A stretch of DNA of 64,000 nt from a virus, in the IMG/VR virus record IMGVR_UViG_3300022839_000007, positions 93,789 through 157,788 of that record, one strand, 5' to 3'. Both the position numbers and the translations under genes were made by a program. The notes under the pieces are model-generated. The model made no database searches. It had not been told where the DNA came from and saw only the letters and a program-made list of their open reading frames with translations. Positions 17,242 through 27,403 of this stretch are shown in pieces. The first letter of the stretch is position 1. Every line of letters begins with the position of its first letter.

Positions 17242-17810
17242 GATATTTCCTTTGTTTGTTCCATACCGTTACGAACTGCATTATAAATTTGTATTGCATA
17301 TTTTTTATTAGAAATACCTTGCTTAAATAATTCAAAGTTGCCAGCAAACGCTGCCTCTCGTAACTTACTTGCACTTATACCGTTAACTCCGGCAGCATCA
17401 GGATCTCGATCGCCGGCGCTAACTACAGTTATGTTATCAAAATGATATTCTTTACCATTGTATTTGTTAATTAGCTTAGTAAACTCGTCAATACGATCGC
17501 TGCCTGCAACATATACAATATTTTGATATCCAAGTGATTCGATGCGTTGCAATACTTGTATAATATTCTTAATATGTTTGTTACCAACAATGACATCAGG
17601 AAATAGCAGTTGAACAATTTCTAGCTTGTTGTCAAACTCTAGCGGGTCTGTTTTAGGATGATGACTGTGGCTTAAAAATAAGTAATAGTCGCCTTTTAGA
17701 CTAGTAATTTTATTTACTAGTTTTTTGTGTCCTAGAGTTGGAGGATTCATTCGTGCAAATGCAACAATTGCAGTATTACCAATTACTTTACACTTTTGGT
17801 TAATTATCAT
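17238..17810 (-). CDS. HxGH nucleotidyltransferase (cytidylyltransferase-like)
   Basis: FARMNPPTLGH, VAGSDR, SAGDRDPD, SASKLR. Confidence 0.8.
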   Translation of the reverse strand: MIINQKCKVIGNTAIVAFARMNPPTLGHKKLVNKITSLKGDYYLFLSHSHHPKTDPLEFDNKLEIVQLLFPDVIVGNKHIKNIIQVLQRIESLGYQNIVYVAGSDRIDEFTKLINKYNGKEYHFDNITVVSAGDRDPDAAGVNGISASKLREAAFAGNFELFKQGISNKKYAIQIYNAVRNGMEQTKEIS

Positions 17811-18394
17811 TAGTATTCGCCTTTACGAAGACTTTCTACTTCATTTGTTAATAATTTAGTAATGCATTGCATTTTTTCGCTGTCGGTTAACAATTCAGCT
17901 GGGCGTTTTTTAATATTGAATTTCTTAATATATTGAATTATAGCTGTTTCAATAACAGGGAGCATACTTTTCTTATTATATTTTCCGCCCTTTTTAACAG
18001 ACGCTTGTACATCAATTAGTGCCGGATAAAGAGTTTTTCTATAAAATCCTGGATCTTGTTTCATAAAGATGCACAAGTCTTCAACTATATCGTATGGTAG
18101 TTGACTACCAATTTTTAATTCCTGAACTTGATCTTGATCAAAAAATTCGTTTATTTTAGTAGTATTTCCAGAAATTTCAATTTCAAAATTATCGTACCCT
18201 TGCTCCATCATATAATCTGCAAGACGAGATGAATACTCATCTGCTTCGTGATCTAATAAATTTCGCGGTAACGCAATTTCAACAACTAGCCGTCCGTTGC
18301 TGGTTTCTAGTAGCGTCTGATTAGGAAAAATTGATTCGTTTAGAAATGATACCGCTTTATGTTCATCTAATATTACTCTTGCAAAATGCTTCAT
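17810..18394 (-). CDS. Hypothetical protein
   Basis: ORF with AAGGA SD. Confidence 0.7.
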   Translation of the reverse strand: MKHFARVILDEHKAVSFLNESIFPNQTLLETSNGRLVVEIALPRNLLDHEADEYSSRLADYMMEQGYDNFEIEISGNTTKINEFFDQDQVQELKIGSQLPYDIVEDLCIFMKQDPGFYRKTLYPALIDVQASVKKGGKYNKKSMLPVIETAIIQYIKKFNIKKRPAELLTDSEKMQCITKLLTNEVESLRKGEY

Positions 18395-18402
18395 ATAATT
18401 CC

Positions 18403-18765
18403 TTAATGATTTAACATTATACTATCAATGGATCCAGCAGTGTATAATACCATTGCTCTTATCCATACATAGTTACCTGTAAAGTTTTTTAAATGAGATC
18501 CACCGCTATTATCAGTATCTGTTGCATCACTTATATGATTAGATACAGCTAAAGTAAACCAATCTTGTTCAGTTGGCACTGTTGCTAGAGATGCTTGTAT
18601 CGAGGCAGTTCCTATAAAATTAGTTACGGTATATTGTACTGTGTGAAATCCGTCGCTTCTGCTATAAAACCCGTCGCCTTTGAACATGTTACCTATTACA
18701 GTAATTAATACACCGTCTCCGGTATGTACATGATTTGATAAAATTATTTTACTTGTGCTTGACAT
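18403..18765 (-). CDS. Hypothetical beta-rich (probably virion) protein
   Basis: ATAAATA-N5-ATG; NFTGNYVWIRA. Confidence 0.65.
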   Translation of the reverse strand: MSSTSKIILSNHVHTGDGVLITVIGNMFKGDGFYSRSDGFHTVQYTVTNFIGTASIQASLATVPTEQDWFTLAVSNHISDATDTDNSGGSHLKNFTGNYVWIRAMVLYTAGSIDSIMLNH

Positions 18766-18769
18766 ACAA

Positions 18770-19477
18770 CTATTTATCAATATCTTCTTTGTATACTAAC
18801 TTGTCAATACGACATATGTTACCGCCTATTATTAGTTGTAGTAACATAATGATATTCTCGTCTCTCACATACACATATTGTCCGTTAATCCATTTTGCAC
18901 CTTCTTGCAAATTTCTCATTAGGACATCGCCAACTTTAATTTTATCTCGGTTGTGTTTGATCCATTCTGCAAAAGAAGGACTAGCTGGCTTATTTCCAAA
19001 TGATACTTTATATGGATAATCAGTTGGACTGTTGACAACAATAACGTTCTTATTATTACTAAGAAAGTCAATGGTTCTTAGGTCAGGTTTCCATAACTCA
19101 ATTATCTTGGTATTTATTTTATTAATAATGTTTTCTAATGTAAAGAGATTATTTCCGTATATTGTTAATGAATCACGTTCGCATCGTAGCGAGAACTCGC
19201 TACGATTTACTAGGATTAATTCTTGATATATAGTAGTTGCATCCGAGAGGTCCTCGAGAGGTACAGTAACGTTGGCCCGGCTTCTTCTTATTACCGGTAA
19301 TATCTTACGTTCAAGATTTTCGTTATAATATTCTAATCTCTCATTAACATAATCAAGGGTTGTTACTTTGCTTGATGTATTTCTAAAAATTATTGCTAGC
19401 TGATTCTTTAGCTTTAGTTTATACAAATATTTTCCGTAATGTAGAAACTTAGTTTCTCGCAGTTTTAATTTTGTCAT
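18770..19477 (-). CDS. Hypothetical protein
   Basis: ORF overlapping the end of clpA. Confidence 0.7.
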   Translation of the reverse strand: MTKLKLRETKFLHYGKYLYKLKLKNQLAIIFRNTSSKVTTLDYVNERLEYYNENLERKILPVIRRSRANVTVPLEDLSDATTIYQELILVNRSEFSLRCERDSLTIYGNNLFTLENIINKINTKIIELWKPDLRTIDFLSNNKNVIVVNSPTDYPYKVSFGNKPASPSFAEWIKHNRDKIKVGDVLMRNLQEGAKWINGQYVYVRDENIIMLLQLIIGGNICRIDKLVYKEDIDK

Positions 19478-21698
19478 GTGTTACTTCTAATACAATTTCA
19501 TTTTCTGATACGTTAATAACTACAGTACCTCCTAGCTTCAAGTCGCCAAACAGCATTGCTCTTGATAACGGACGTTTAATGTCGTTATCAATTACACGCT
19601 GCAATGGTCTAGCACCCATTTTATTATCAAACCCCTTTTCTACTAAATAGTCAAGTGCTTCGTCTGCAATGGAAATCTTAATTCCTTTGTCCTTAACTTG
19701 ATCACGTAGTTCTGCAAGAAAGCTTCCTACAATTTTTAGCATTACTGGTTTGCTAAGTTTAGAAAACGTAACAATAGCATCTAATCTATTACGAAATTCC
19801 GGAGCAAAGAACTTTTTAAGTTCTGTATCTGCGTAATCCTTGCTTGCACTTTCACCAAACCCAATTGTGTTCTTTTCAGAATCTCTTGCACCTAGATTTG
19901 TAGTAAGAATTAGTACACAGTTACGAGCATCTGCTTCTTTACCGTTTGATCCAGTTACCTTGCCGTTGTCCATTAATTGTAATAATATTGAACTTACATC
20001 AGGGTGTGCCTTTTCAATCTCGTCGAGCAGTAGTACACAATTAGGATTTTCTTGTAATTTGACTATTAGTTGTCCAGCATTGTCATCGAACCCGACATAG
20101 CCCGGAGGCGACCCAATTAGCTTGGCTACAGAATGTTTTTCCATGTATTCAGACATATCAAATCGTACAAGCGGTACGCCCAGATGCTTTGCTAATTGCT
20201 TTGCTGCATGAGTCTTACCAACTCCGGTAGGCCCCATAAACACAAAACTTCCAATAGGCTTATTTGCACTTTTAAGTCCGGCTTGTGCAACTAGAACCTT
20301 ATCTACAATTGCGTCAATTGCAGTGTCCTGTCCGTATACACTACCTTTAAGATTTTTCTCAAGACTAGCAAGATTTTCAGTTTCTTGTTCTGCAACTTGC
20401 TCTTGGGGGATCTTAATCATTCGAGATAATTCATACTGAATATTTTTTTCAGTAATAATCTTATCAGTTTCTTGATCGCGTACTTTAAATCGGCTACATG
20501 CAACATCAATAAGATCAATTGCTTTATCAGGAAGCTTTTTATCTGTCTGATACTTGATGCTAAGTTTTACCGCAGCCTCAATTGCAGAATCTTTTATCTC
20601 GACTGTGTGAAAGTCTTCGTAGTACTTTCGTATTCCGTACAGAATTTCTACAGTCATTGCAGCAGACGGTTCGTCGATAGTTACACGCTGGAATCTGCGC
20701 ATCAGCGCTCGGTCTTTTTCAAAGAACTTACGGTACTCGTCCCACGTAGTAGCAGCTATTACTTTAATATTGCCTTTTGCAAGCGCAGGTTTAAGCATAT
20801 TTGCAAGGTCATTTGAACTATTTTGTCCGCCTGCTCCTGCACCGCTAATCATATGAGCTTCGTCGATGAACAGAATAGTCTTACCTTTGTTCTGTAACGC
20901 TTGCAATACCAGTTTGAATCTTTCTTCAAAGTCTCCACGGTATTTTGAACCAGCTAACATACTTCCGATATCCAACGAGTATACGGTATAGTCCTTAAGA
21001 AATGTAGGCACGTCGCCGTGTACAATTTTATAAGCAAGCCCTTCAACTACTGCGGTTTTGCCTACTCCTGGATCTCCTACCATCAGCGCATTACTTTTGC
21101 TACGTCTTCCTAATGCAAGAGCCACCTGTTCAATCTCGTCATGGCGTCCAATTACTGGATCAATTTTGTTAAGAGAGGCGAGGTGATTGAGATCTTCGGT
21201 AAATGCGCGAAGTGCTTTATTTGCAGCACCGCCGTTCTCGGCTTCCTCTGGTTCTTGATTTAAATCCATTTCTGGGTGATGATATCGTGTGTATGTATCT
21301 TTATCAATTCCAGACTGCTGTGTTACAAAATAAGCATAACTACGTTTTTCATTGAGGATGCTTATTAGCACATCGCTTGTAGTAATTTGCTCTCTTCCTT
21401 GAAATAACACCTGTGCAAAAGCACGGTTAAGTACTCGTTCTACAGTTTGCGTTTTTTTAGGCTTATATTTTTCAAGATCTGTTTTAATATCATCACACTT
21501 GGTTTTAAGATAATTATCAAGGGCGGATGTCATTAGTACAGGATCAATGCCGTAATCTGTGATATCTTTTACAAAGGTGTCTTCAAAAAGCATTGCATAT
21601 AGCAAATGTTCAAGTGTTACATATTCGTGTTGTAATTTTTTGGCATTATTAACTGCTTTATCAAAGACTGATTGCAGTTCTGTACTAGGTTCTACCAT
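19449..21698 (-). CDS. clpA: ATP-dependent Clp protease ATP-binding subunit
   Basis: Two Walker A motifs (GDPGVGKT, GPTGVGKT), FIDEAH, LLDEIEKAHPDV, GARPL. Confidence 0.93.
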   Translation of the reverse strand: MVEPSTELQSVFDKAVNNAKKLQHEYVTLEHLLYAMLFEDTFVKDITDYGIDPVLMTSALDNYLKTKCDDIKTDLEKYKPKKTQTVERVLNRAFAQVLFQGREQITTSDVLISILNEKRSYAYFVTQQSGIDKDTYTRYHHPEMDLNQEPEEAENGGAANKALRAFTEDLNHLASLNKIDPVIGRHDEIEQVALALGRRSKSNALMVGDPGVGKTAVVEGLAYKIVHGDVPTFLKDYTVYSLDIGSMLAGSKYRGDFEERFKLVLQALQNKGKTILFIDEAHMISGAGAGGQNSSNDLANMLKPALAKGNIKVIAATTWDEYRKFFEKDRALMRRFQRVTIDEPSAAMTVEILYGIRKYYEDFHTVEIKDSAIEAAVKLSIKYQTDKKLPDKAIDLIDVACSRFKVRDQETDKIITEKNIQYELSRMIKIPQEQVAEQETENLASLEKNLKGSVYGQDTAIDAIVDKVLVAQAGLKSANKPIGSFVFMGPTGVGKTHAAKQLAKHLGVPLVRFDMSEYMEKHSVAKLIGSPPGYVGFDDNAGQLIVKLQENPNCVLLLDEIEKAHPDVSSILLQLMDNGKVTGSNGKEADARNCVLILTTNLGARDSEKNTIGFGESASKDYADTELKKFFAPEFRNRLDAIVTFSKLSKPVMLKIVGSFLAELRDQVKDKGIKISIADEALDYLVEKGFDNKMGARPLQRVIDNDIKRPLSRAMLFGDLKLGGTVVINVSENEIVLEVTHDKIKTARN

Positions 21699-22218
21699 AT
21701 TTAATCCTTTTTGTTCGGGCTGTTTGTGCTGTTTGTGCTATTTTTAACTTTAGTTTACTGACTCGATCAACAAATTGTATGCCCTGAAGGTGATCGTATT
21801 CATGTAAAAAGCAACGAGCGTCGATGTCGTCATACGTTGCATCTACACTTATAACACTATTATAGTCACTTGTCAACGTATCAAATTCCACATTGATGCT
21901 ATTTGGACGTTTTATACTTAGAAATAAATCAGTATGACTAAGGCACCCCTCAGGGCCTAATTCTATTTGTTTGCTAACACTTTTAACAACAGGATTTATT
22001 ACAACTGTGACATTTCCGTACTGTTTGTTTAATACGGTTCTCATAACAAATATCTGATACGGAAGCCCTACTTGATTTGCGCTTAATCCTAGACCGCCTA
22101 ATTCATGCATTAAGTTTGTCATCTGTAGGGCAATACTTGCTATGTCAACTTGAGTAGTGTCTACACGCGGCAGAGCAGTTGCAAGTAATATATTAGGCGA
22201 TTTTATTAATGTCATCAT
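21685..22218 (-). CDS. def: Peptide deformylase
   Basis: GLGLSANQ, EGCLS, HEYDHLQG. Confidence 0.93.
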   Translation of the reverse strand: MMTLIKSPNILLATALPRVDTTQVDIASIALQMTNLMHELGGLGLSANQVGLPYQIFVMRTVLNKQYGNVTVVINPVVKSVSKQIELGPEGCLSHTDLFLSIKRPNSINVEFDTLTSDYNSVISVDATYDDIDARCFLHEYDHLQGIQFVDRVSKLKLKIAQTAQTARTKRIKYGRT

Positions 22219-22984
22219 TAATAGATTGTATCCTTGTTAACAAGTCGTTATCGGTAATAATAGGAGTGATACATTTAATTTTTACATACAAGTTACCAAA
22301 TTTACCAGACCTCGGATCTAAAAGACCGTACCCGGCAATATTTAATATTGTATCGGCTTGCGTACTCTTAGGTATGTTAACACGAAGGACGCCGGATGTC
22401 AACTGGTCTATGTTAACTACAGTTCCTAAAATTAAATCAAACATTTTTAAATTAATAGTAGTTACTAAATGAATACCGTCTCGTTTAAATATAGGATGAT
22501 CAACAACTTTTACATGTACTAACAAATTACCCGGTGTTTGCTGGGCATAGTGGTTGTCTCCAAGCCCTCTAAACTTTAAAACTTCGCCGTGTAATACTCC
22601 GGCATGTATTTTTATATTTGCAGTAGCTATATTGTTACTTCTCATAGCATACGAAACTGTAATATCTTTTCCGTTGGCAACATCCTCTAGAGTTATTACA
22701 ACTTGCAATCTAACATCTGCGTTACGCTGTCGCGGATCGCTTCCAAAGAATTGGGAAAATATGTCTTCAAATTGTGTATCTGAAGAAATTGGTTTGCTAA
22801 CCTGATCGTATTTGGCCCGTGTTTCTGGATTTTTTAATATCTGATAAGCTTCGTTAATACTTGAAAATACATTCTTCTCGCCCCCTTTATCGGGGTGATG
22901 CATCTTAGCTAAAGACTTGTAGGCTTGTCTAATTTCGTGCTGAGTTGCAGTGCTTGATATTCCTAAAGTCGTATAATGTTTCAT
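22193..22984 (-). CDS. dnaJ: DnaJ/CbpA-like co-chaperone (no zinc finger)
   Basis: J-domain HHPDKGG plus a DnaJ C-terminal domain. Confidence 0.88.
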   Translation of the reverse strand: MKHYTTLGISSTATQHEIRQAYKSLAKMHHPDKGGEKNVFSSINEAYQILKNPETRAKYDQVSKPISSDTQFEDIFSQFFGSDPRQRNADVRLQVVITLEDVANGKDITVSYAMRSNNIATANIKIHAGVLHGEVLKFRGLGDNHYAQQTPGNLLVHVKVVDHPIFKRDGIHLVTTINLKMFDLILGTVVNIDQLTSGVLRVNIPKSTQADTILNIAGYGLLDPRSGKFGNLYVKIKCITPIITDNDLLTRIQSINDDINKIA

Positions 22985-23017
22985 ACAACTATTTATTTTT
23001 TCAACTAGTGCAATTTC

Positions 23018-23326
23018 TTATTCGTGATTGTCTTTATTTTCATATGCAGTTTTTCCGTAGAACCCTATCACTATTGCAGCAACTGATACAAAATATGTAG
23101 GAGCCATATCTCCTAGTATAATTGCAGCCTGGTCGAGTTTGACCAAAAATGCCAATACAATAGCAGCTGGGTATAATAACATACCAAACAACGCAAACCA
23201 TGCCATTCTTCGTTGGGCATCTTCCCGTTTATCTTGATTTTCAATACGAAGCATAATTTCTTTTGTTGATAACTCTTCTCCTGTTATTATATTTTCCTGA
23301 ATTTCTGTTGATTTGTATTTGGCCAC
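23018..23326 (-). CDS. Two-TM membrane protein, holin candidate
   Basis: Two hydrophobic helices; follows the spanin genes. Confidence 0.45.
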   Translation of the reverse strand: MAKYKSTEIQENIITGEELSTKEIMLRIENQDKREDAQRRMAWFALFGMLLYPAAIVLAFLVKLDQAAIILGDMAPTYFVSVAAIVIGFYGKTAYENKDNHE

Positions 23327-23407
23327 TTCTAATCTCCCTCTAGGTTGGCGTTACATATATTATTAGAATATTTTCTCCTTATTAACAGTAGCCCTTACTG
23401 TTTTATT

Positions 23408-23758
23408 TTAGTTAGTTAATGTTACTGCGTCTTCGTAATATACAATGATGTTGCCCTGTTGGTTAATATATCGTCGAAGTTCGGCAATATTAAGACTTAG
23501 GGTTTCGTAATCTTTTACACTAATAGCAATATACACTAATTCACCATTTTTACTAGCAAACTCTTTGGCAAATTCTTCAAAGTTGTCAACTGTAACTACA
23601 TAAACTTTTATATCATTTAATTGCACTGGTTTAGGTAACGCTACTCTAGGAACTTCGATCTTTACTGTATTTGTTACAGTTTTAATTTCCGGAGGATTAC
23701 CGCAACTTACCAGGAATAGTGTCGTTAGTAATATCGTTCCAAACTTTGTTAGTCGCAT
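23408..23758 (-). CDS. o-spanin-like lipoprotein
   Basis: Lipobox LFLVS-C; overlaps the i-spanin gene. Confidence 0.75.
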   Translation of the reverse strand: MRLTKFGTILLTTLFLVSCGNPPEIKTVTNTVKIEVPRVALPKPVQLNDIKVYVVTVDNFEEFAKEFASKNGELVYIAISVKDYETLSLNIAELRRYINQQGNIIVYYEDAVTLTN

Positions 23759-24086
23759 CTTGAATCCTTTTCTGAATTAATCCGGGTTTTTCACGAGACA
23801 ATTTTGTTAAATTGTGTTTTTGCAATACTGATCTCAGTTCGTCGCCGTATAACTCTGCTTTTTGCAAGTCAGTTTGCAGTTTTAAGTTAAGTTTGGCATT
23901 GCGTATTGCATCTTGTCTCAGCAACTTAACGCTAGCCTCTGACGTTTGTACTGCTACCTTTAAAACTGCATTATTAGTTTGCAACAATTCTATTCTATTC
24001 TGGCTGTGATTATAGTACCAATATCCTACGCCGCTAACTGCCAGTAATATCACTAAAAAAATTCCACTTAGCTTTAAACTAGTCAT
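23697..24086 (-). CDS. i-spanin-like protein
   Basis: N-terminal TM plus coiled coil; downstream of the endolysin. Confidence 0.75.
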   Translation of the reverse strand: MTSLKLSGIFLVILLAVSGVGYWYYNHSQNRIELLQTNNAVLKVAVQTSEASVKLLRQDAIRNAKLNLKLQTDLQKAELYGDELRSVLQKHNLTKLSREKPGLIQKRIQDATNKVWNDITNDTIPGKLR

Positions 24087-24954
24087 CTAATAACTTTCCA
24101 AGAGTATTTGGACCAGCGATTCCGTCGGCTACTAACTTATTAGCAGTTTGCCACTCTATTAATTTACGTTCAGTTCCTGGACCAAATACTCCGTCGGCGG
24201 TAATTTTTAATGCAGTTTGCATTATTTTAACTCCGTTACCACGCGATCCACGTCGTAATACACTAATTTCAGTTAAATCAACTTCGTCGTCGATATCAGT
24301 AACATCGGGTAATATTACAGTGGTTCCTAAAATTTTCATAGCATCGGTGTAACGATTCTGTCGATCTCTAAGCCCAATGTTACCGCCGTTAATGCGTTTG
24401 GTTATTCTTGCAACATCGTCGTTATCAGAAATTGCATTCAAATTATTTTTGCTCCAAAACCAACATGCACTTTCCACAGCGCCCTTTTCCGTAGATACAT
24501 AGTTTGCAGCCTGTTCTGCACTCATTCCAATAGTTTTTCCAAAAGCAGTGTAATTATCGCGACCGGTTAACTGTTTTAATCCACGTCCTCGAAATAACCA
24601 GCCATCGCCTGTTTGTACATTGCCCATCTTGTTTATTCGAAATTTATCCATATATACATAGTTTGCAATTTTCTCAGGTTTGCGAGCATAAGTTTTTGCA
24701 TTTCGCTTTGGAGGAGATCCAAAATAACGTCCAAATACTGCATCTAATGATTTACTACTATAATTAAGATTTTCTACTAGACTACGAAAATTGTTTGATT
24801 CATGGGCGCATTGACTAAGAAAATGAGCTACACGTCTTTGGGTTGTAATGCCGTATTTTGGCAATACATCTACTAGCGCAGTATGCCATGCTTCAACTGC
24901 AAGATTTCCTGGAATAATTGCAGCAAGTTGAGACTTTGTTAATTTAAAACTCAT
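24079..24954 (-). CDS. GH19 endolysin with C-terminal peptidoglycan-binding domain
   Basis: FLSQCAHES, FRGRGLKQLTGRDNY, TKRINGG, ADGVFGPGT. Confidence 0.9.
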   Translation of the reverse strand: MSFKLTKSQLAAIIPGNLAVEAWHTALVDVLPKYGITTQRRVAHFLSQCAHESNNFRSLVENLNYSSKSLDAVFGRYFGSPPKRNAKTYARKPEKIANYVYMDKFRINKMGNVQTGDGWLFRGRGLKQLTGRDNYTAFGKTIGMSAEQAANYVSTEKGAVESACWFWSKNNLNAISDNDDVARITKRINGGNIGLRDRQNRYTDAMKILGTTVILPDVTDIDDEVDLTEISVLRRGSRGNGVKIMQTALKITADGVFGPGTERKLIEWQTANKLVADGIAGPNTLGKLLDD

Positions 24955-24963
24955 AATGTTCAC

Positions 24964-25686
24964 CTATCTTAGTCGCTCTAATACAAGCATATGCCCGGCA
25001 TTTTCAAATGTTAATGTATTTTTTCCAAATTTAGTAACATTATAATCGCCGATATATTTAGTTAAAAATATTATTTCCGCAAAATCGTTCATGTTAATCT
25101 TGTCGGTAATACTTTCTAACATACTTTCAGTGGTTCCGAAGTCTTTAACTTTAAATCCTACCGGATCTCCCCATATACGTTTAATAGTTAGTTCTTGATT
25201 TTCTTCTAACTCGATCTCTTCTAAGAAACTTCGATTAAAAAAGTTCTTAAAGTTATTCATGTTAGATTCGGTAACAGTAATATTATACGAATTGTTATCC
25301 AACGGAATTGATACAGTTAGTGTTTCTTTATTAACTGGATAGCTTTTAAATCCTTTATAATATCGAAATCTAAAATTATTGCGACTTGTTAATTTTTCAA
25401 CACCGTTGATAATTTCCATAATTTGATCAGGGACATTGTTGTCTCGTTCGAGTTCAACAAACACTCGATACATTCCGTCTTCCTGCTCGCCGCTACTAAT
25501 GTCAGCATCTAGAACAAAATGATATCCACGTTCAATGAACTCCACAAGATCAGTAGCTGCGGCCTTTTCACTAACAGTAAAACTTAAAACAACAATGTCG
25601 CTGTCGTTTCCCATCTTACTTTTAAAGCTATCTATCTCAAATACCTTGTTAACTAGGTTAATTAAATCGCCTGCTTTTAGTCCCAT
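24964..25686 (-). CDS. Hypothetical protein
   Basis: Clean ORF, GGAGGA SD. Confidence 0.7.
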   Translation of the reverse strand: MGLKAGDLINLVNKVFEIDSFKSKMGNDSDIVVLSFTVSEKAAATDLVEFIERGYHFVLDADISSGEQEDGMYRVFVELERDNNVPDQIMEIINGVEKLTSRNNFRFRYYKGFKSYPVNKETLTVSIPLDNNSYNITVTESNMNNFKNFFNRSFLEEIELEENQELTIKRIWGDPVGFKVKDFGTTESMLESITDKINMNDFAEIIFLTKYIGDYNVTKFGKNTLTFENAGHMLVLERLR

Positions 25687-26213
25687 TATACTTGTCCTCC
25701 GTCTTGGATCGACTGGTCCGGTGCAGCCCCGTCGGTGATAGTATCTTGTACGTCTATTGCACTTGCAGTTTCGTCTACTTCCAACTCTGCGAGTTCAGAT
25801 TGATAAAGATCTGCAAGTAATTTTTTTGGTAATTGAATTTCGACTATCCATATTGGTTTGCGATCTAGTTTTCCTTTTTTTGTACCAGTTCGCATATCAT
25901 CTGGATTCATAATCTTTCTTGGTTTTACTACATAACTTTTTTTATAACTTACTTTACAGTCATAATCAAGTAACCGTTTACCTCCCATAGGGTCTGGCAT
26001 TTTGCTATATGGCCAAAATAGCTTAATACTAACCCAATGTCTGCTAATGTTTGGTCCGGATGCTAGCTCTCCGTCTTCCCAATTCTTATAAACGTATAAG
26101 TCGAGCTCGTCTAATACTCGTTCTACATCTTTTAATACGTTAAACGCAGTATTACTATCGTACATATTTTCGATATTTTTGATAACATCGATCTCGTCGA
26201 GAATGTTGGCCAT
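25686..26213 (-). CDS. Hypothetical late protein
   Basis: ATAAATA at 26239-26245; AGGA SD. Confidence 0.7.
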   Translation of the reverse strand: MANILDEIDVIKNIENMYDSNTAFNVLKDVERVLDELDLYVYKNWEDGELASGPNISRHWVSIKLFWPYSKMPDPMGGKRLLDYDCKVSYKKSYVVKPRKIMNPDDMRTGTKKGKLDRKPIWIVEIQLPKKLLADLYQSELAELEVDETASAIDVQDTITDGAAPDQSIQDGGQV

Positions 26214-26238
26214 AATGTTTCCTATTAGTTTACACACT

Positions 26239-26296
26239 TATTTATCGTATTATACCATCAGTATAAAAGTTTTAACAACTAGTATGATGATAAATA
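26239..26296. promoter_or_regulatory. Divergent pair of T4-late-like ATAAATA promoters
   Basis: ATAAATA on the minus strand (26239-26245) and on the plus strand (26290-26296). Confidence 0.6.
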
Positions 26297-26359
26297 CTTT
26301 GCAGGTTAAAGTTTCCTGTAAAGAAACACTAATCTGTCATCCATTCATAGGAGGACTTA

Positions 26360-27091
26360 ATGGGTAAAGCTAGAGCCGCAAAACGGCAAGCATATGTTAA
26401 ATCGAGTAACAACAATACAAATGTTGTTAAACTAACTACATTCCTTCCAAAGAAGGCTAGAACAGTCGACTTACTTCCAAGAAATAAAAGTCAAGAAACT
26501 TACGTATTAGCACTGACTGCACCGGAGAAAGACATTGTCTTTGGCATAGGTCCAGCAGGAACTGGTAAAACCATGTTGGCATGCCAGGCAGCAGTAAAGG
26601 CATTCTTAGCAGGCGAAGTTGATAAAATTATAGTTACACGTCCGGCAGTTAGCACCGACGAGGATTTAGGATTCTTACCAGGCACACTAGAAGAAAAAAT
26701 GGCACCGTGGTGTCGTCCACTTTTTGATGTATTTCAAGAATACTTTTATGCTAGTGAACTTAAAACAATGATGGAAGAAAAGGTACTTGAAATTTCGCCA
26801 TTAGGTTATATGAGAGGAAGAACTTTTAAAAATGCATTTATAATTGCAGATGAATGTCAGTTAACTACTCCGGGACAAATGAAGATGTTGCTTACTCGAT
26901 TAGGAGTAGGTAGTAAAATGATTATTACTGGGGATTTGAAACAAGCTGATCGAGGAAGTGATAACGGATTGCTAGAATTTCTAGACAAGTTTGATCACAG
27001 TAATCGTATTCAGATTGTAAAGTTTAACACCAAGGATGTAGAAAGACATCCGGTAGTTAAAGAGATACTTCGAATTTACGGAGACGAATAG
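26360..27091 (+). CDS. phoH: PhoH-family ATPase
   Basis: GPAGTGKT, LGFLPG, YMRGRTF, DECQ, GDLKQAD. Confidence 0.95.
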   Translation: MGKARAAKRQAYVKSSNNNTNVVKLTTFLPKKARTVDLLPRNKSQETYVLALTAPEKDIVFGIGPAGTGKTMLACQAAVKAFLAGEVDKIIVTRPAVSTDEDLGFLPGTLEEKMAPWCRPLFDVFQEYFYASELKTMMEEKVLEISPLGYMRGRTFKNAFIIADECQLTTPGQMKMLLTRLGVGSKMIITGDLKQADRGSDNGLLEFLDKFDHSNRIQIVKFNTKDVERHPVVKEILRIYGDE

Positions 27092-27111
27092 TTACTATCT
27101 GTGTTAGTAAT

Positions 27112-27138
27112 GGTTGATGGAGCATTGCTCCATCAACC
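27112..27138. terminator. Perfect 12-bp hairpin between convergent genes
   Basis: GGTTGATGGAGC-ATT-GCTCCATCAACC. Confidence 0.65.
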
Positions 27139-27169
27139 GCGTATTACTTATATAAAGAGGATGCCATTA

Positions 27170-27400
27170 TCATGTTTTCCTCATTAAATAAAGTAGATAC
27201 TCGTTATTAGATAATAAAACAGTCCAACTTGTTTTATTAATTGGCGGCTTTCCTGATTCGTCATAAAAAATTTGTATAACATGATAGCTAGTTGCCCATA
27301 TTAATTTATTATTAATAGTGCTACGTACTGGCCACCACGCAAAATGCCGTTTATGACATTCTTGGTTGCGTAATTTATTTCCAACAGAATAGCTAGGCAA
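27170..27400 (-). CDS. Hypothetical protein
   Basis: FAWWPVR motif. Confidence 0.55.
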   Translation of the reverse strand: MPSYSVGNKLRNQECHKRHFAWWPVRSTINNKLIWATSYHVIQIFYDESGKPPINKTSWTVLLSNNEYLLYLMRKT

Positions 27401-27403
27401 TTA

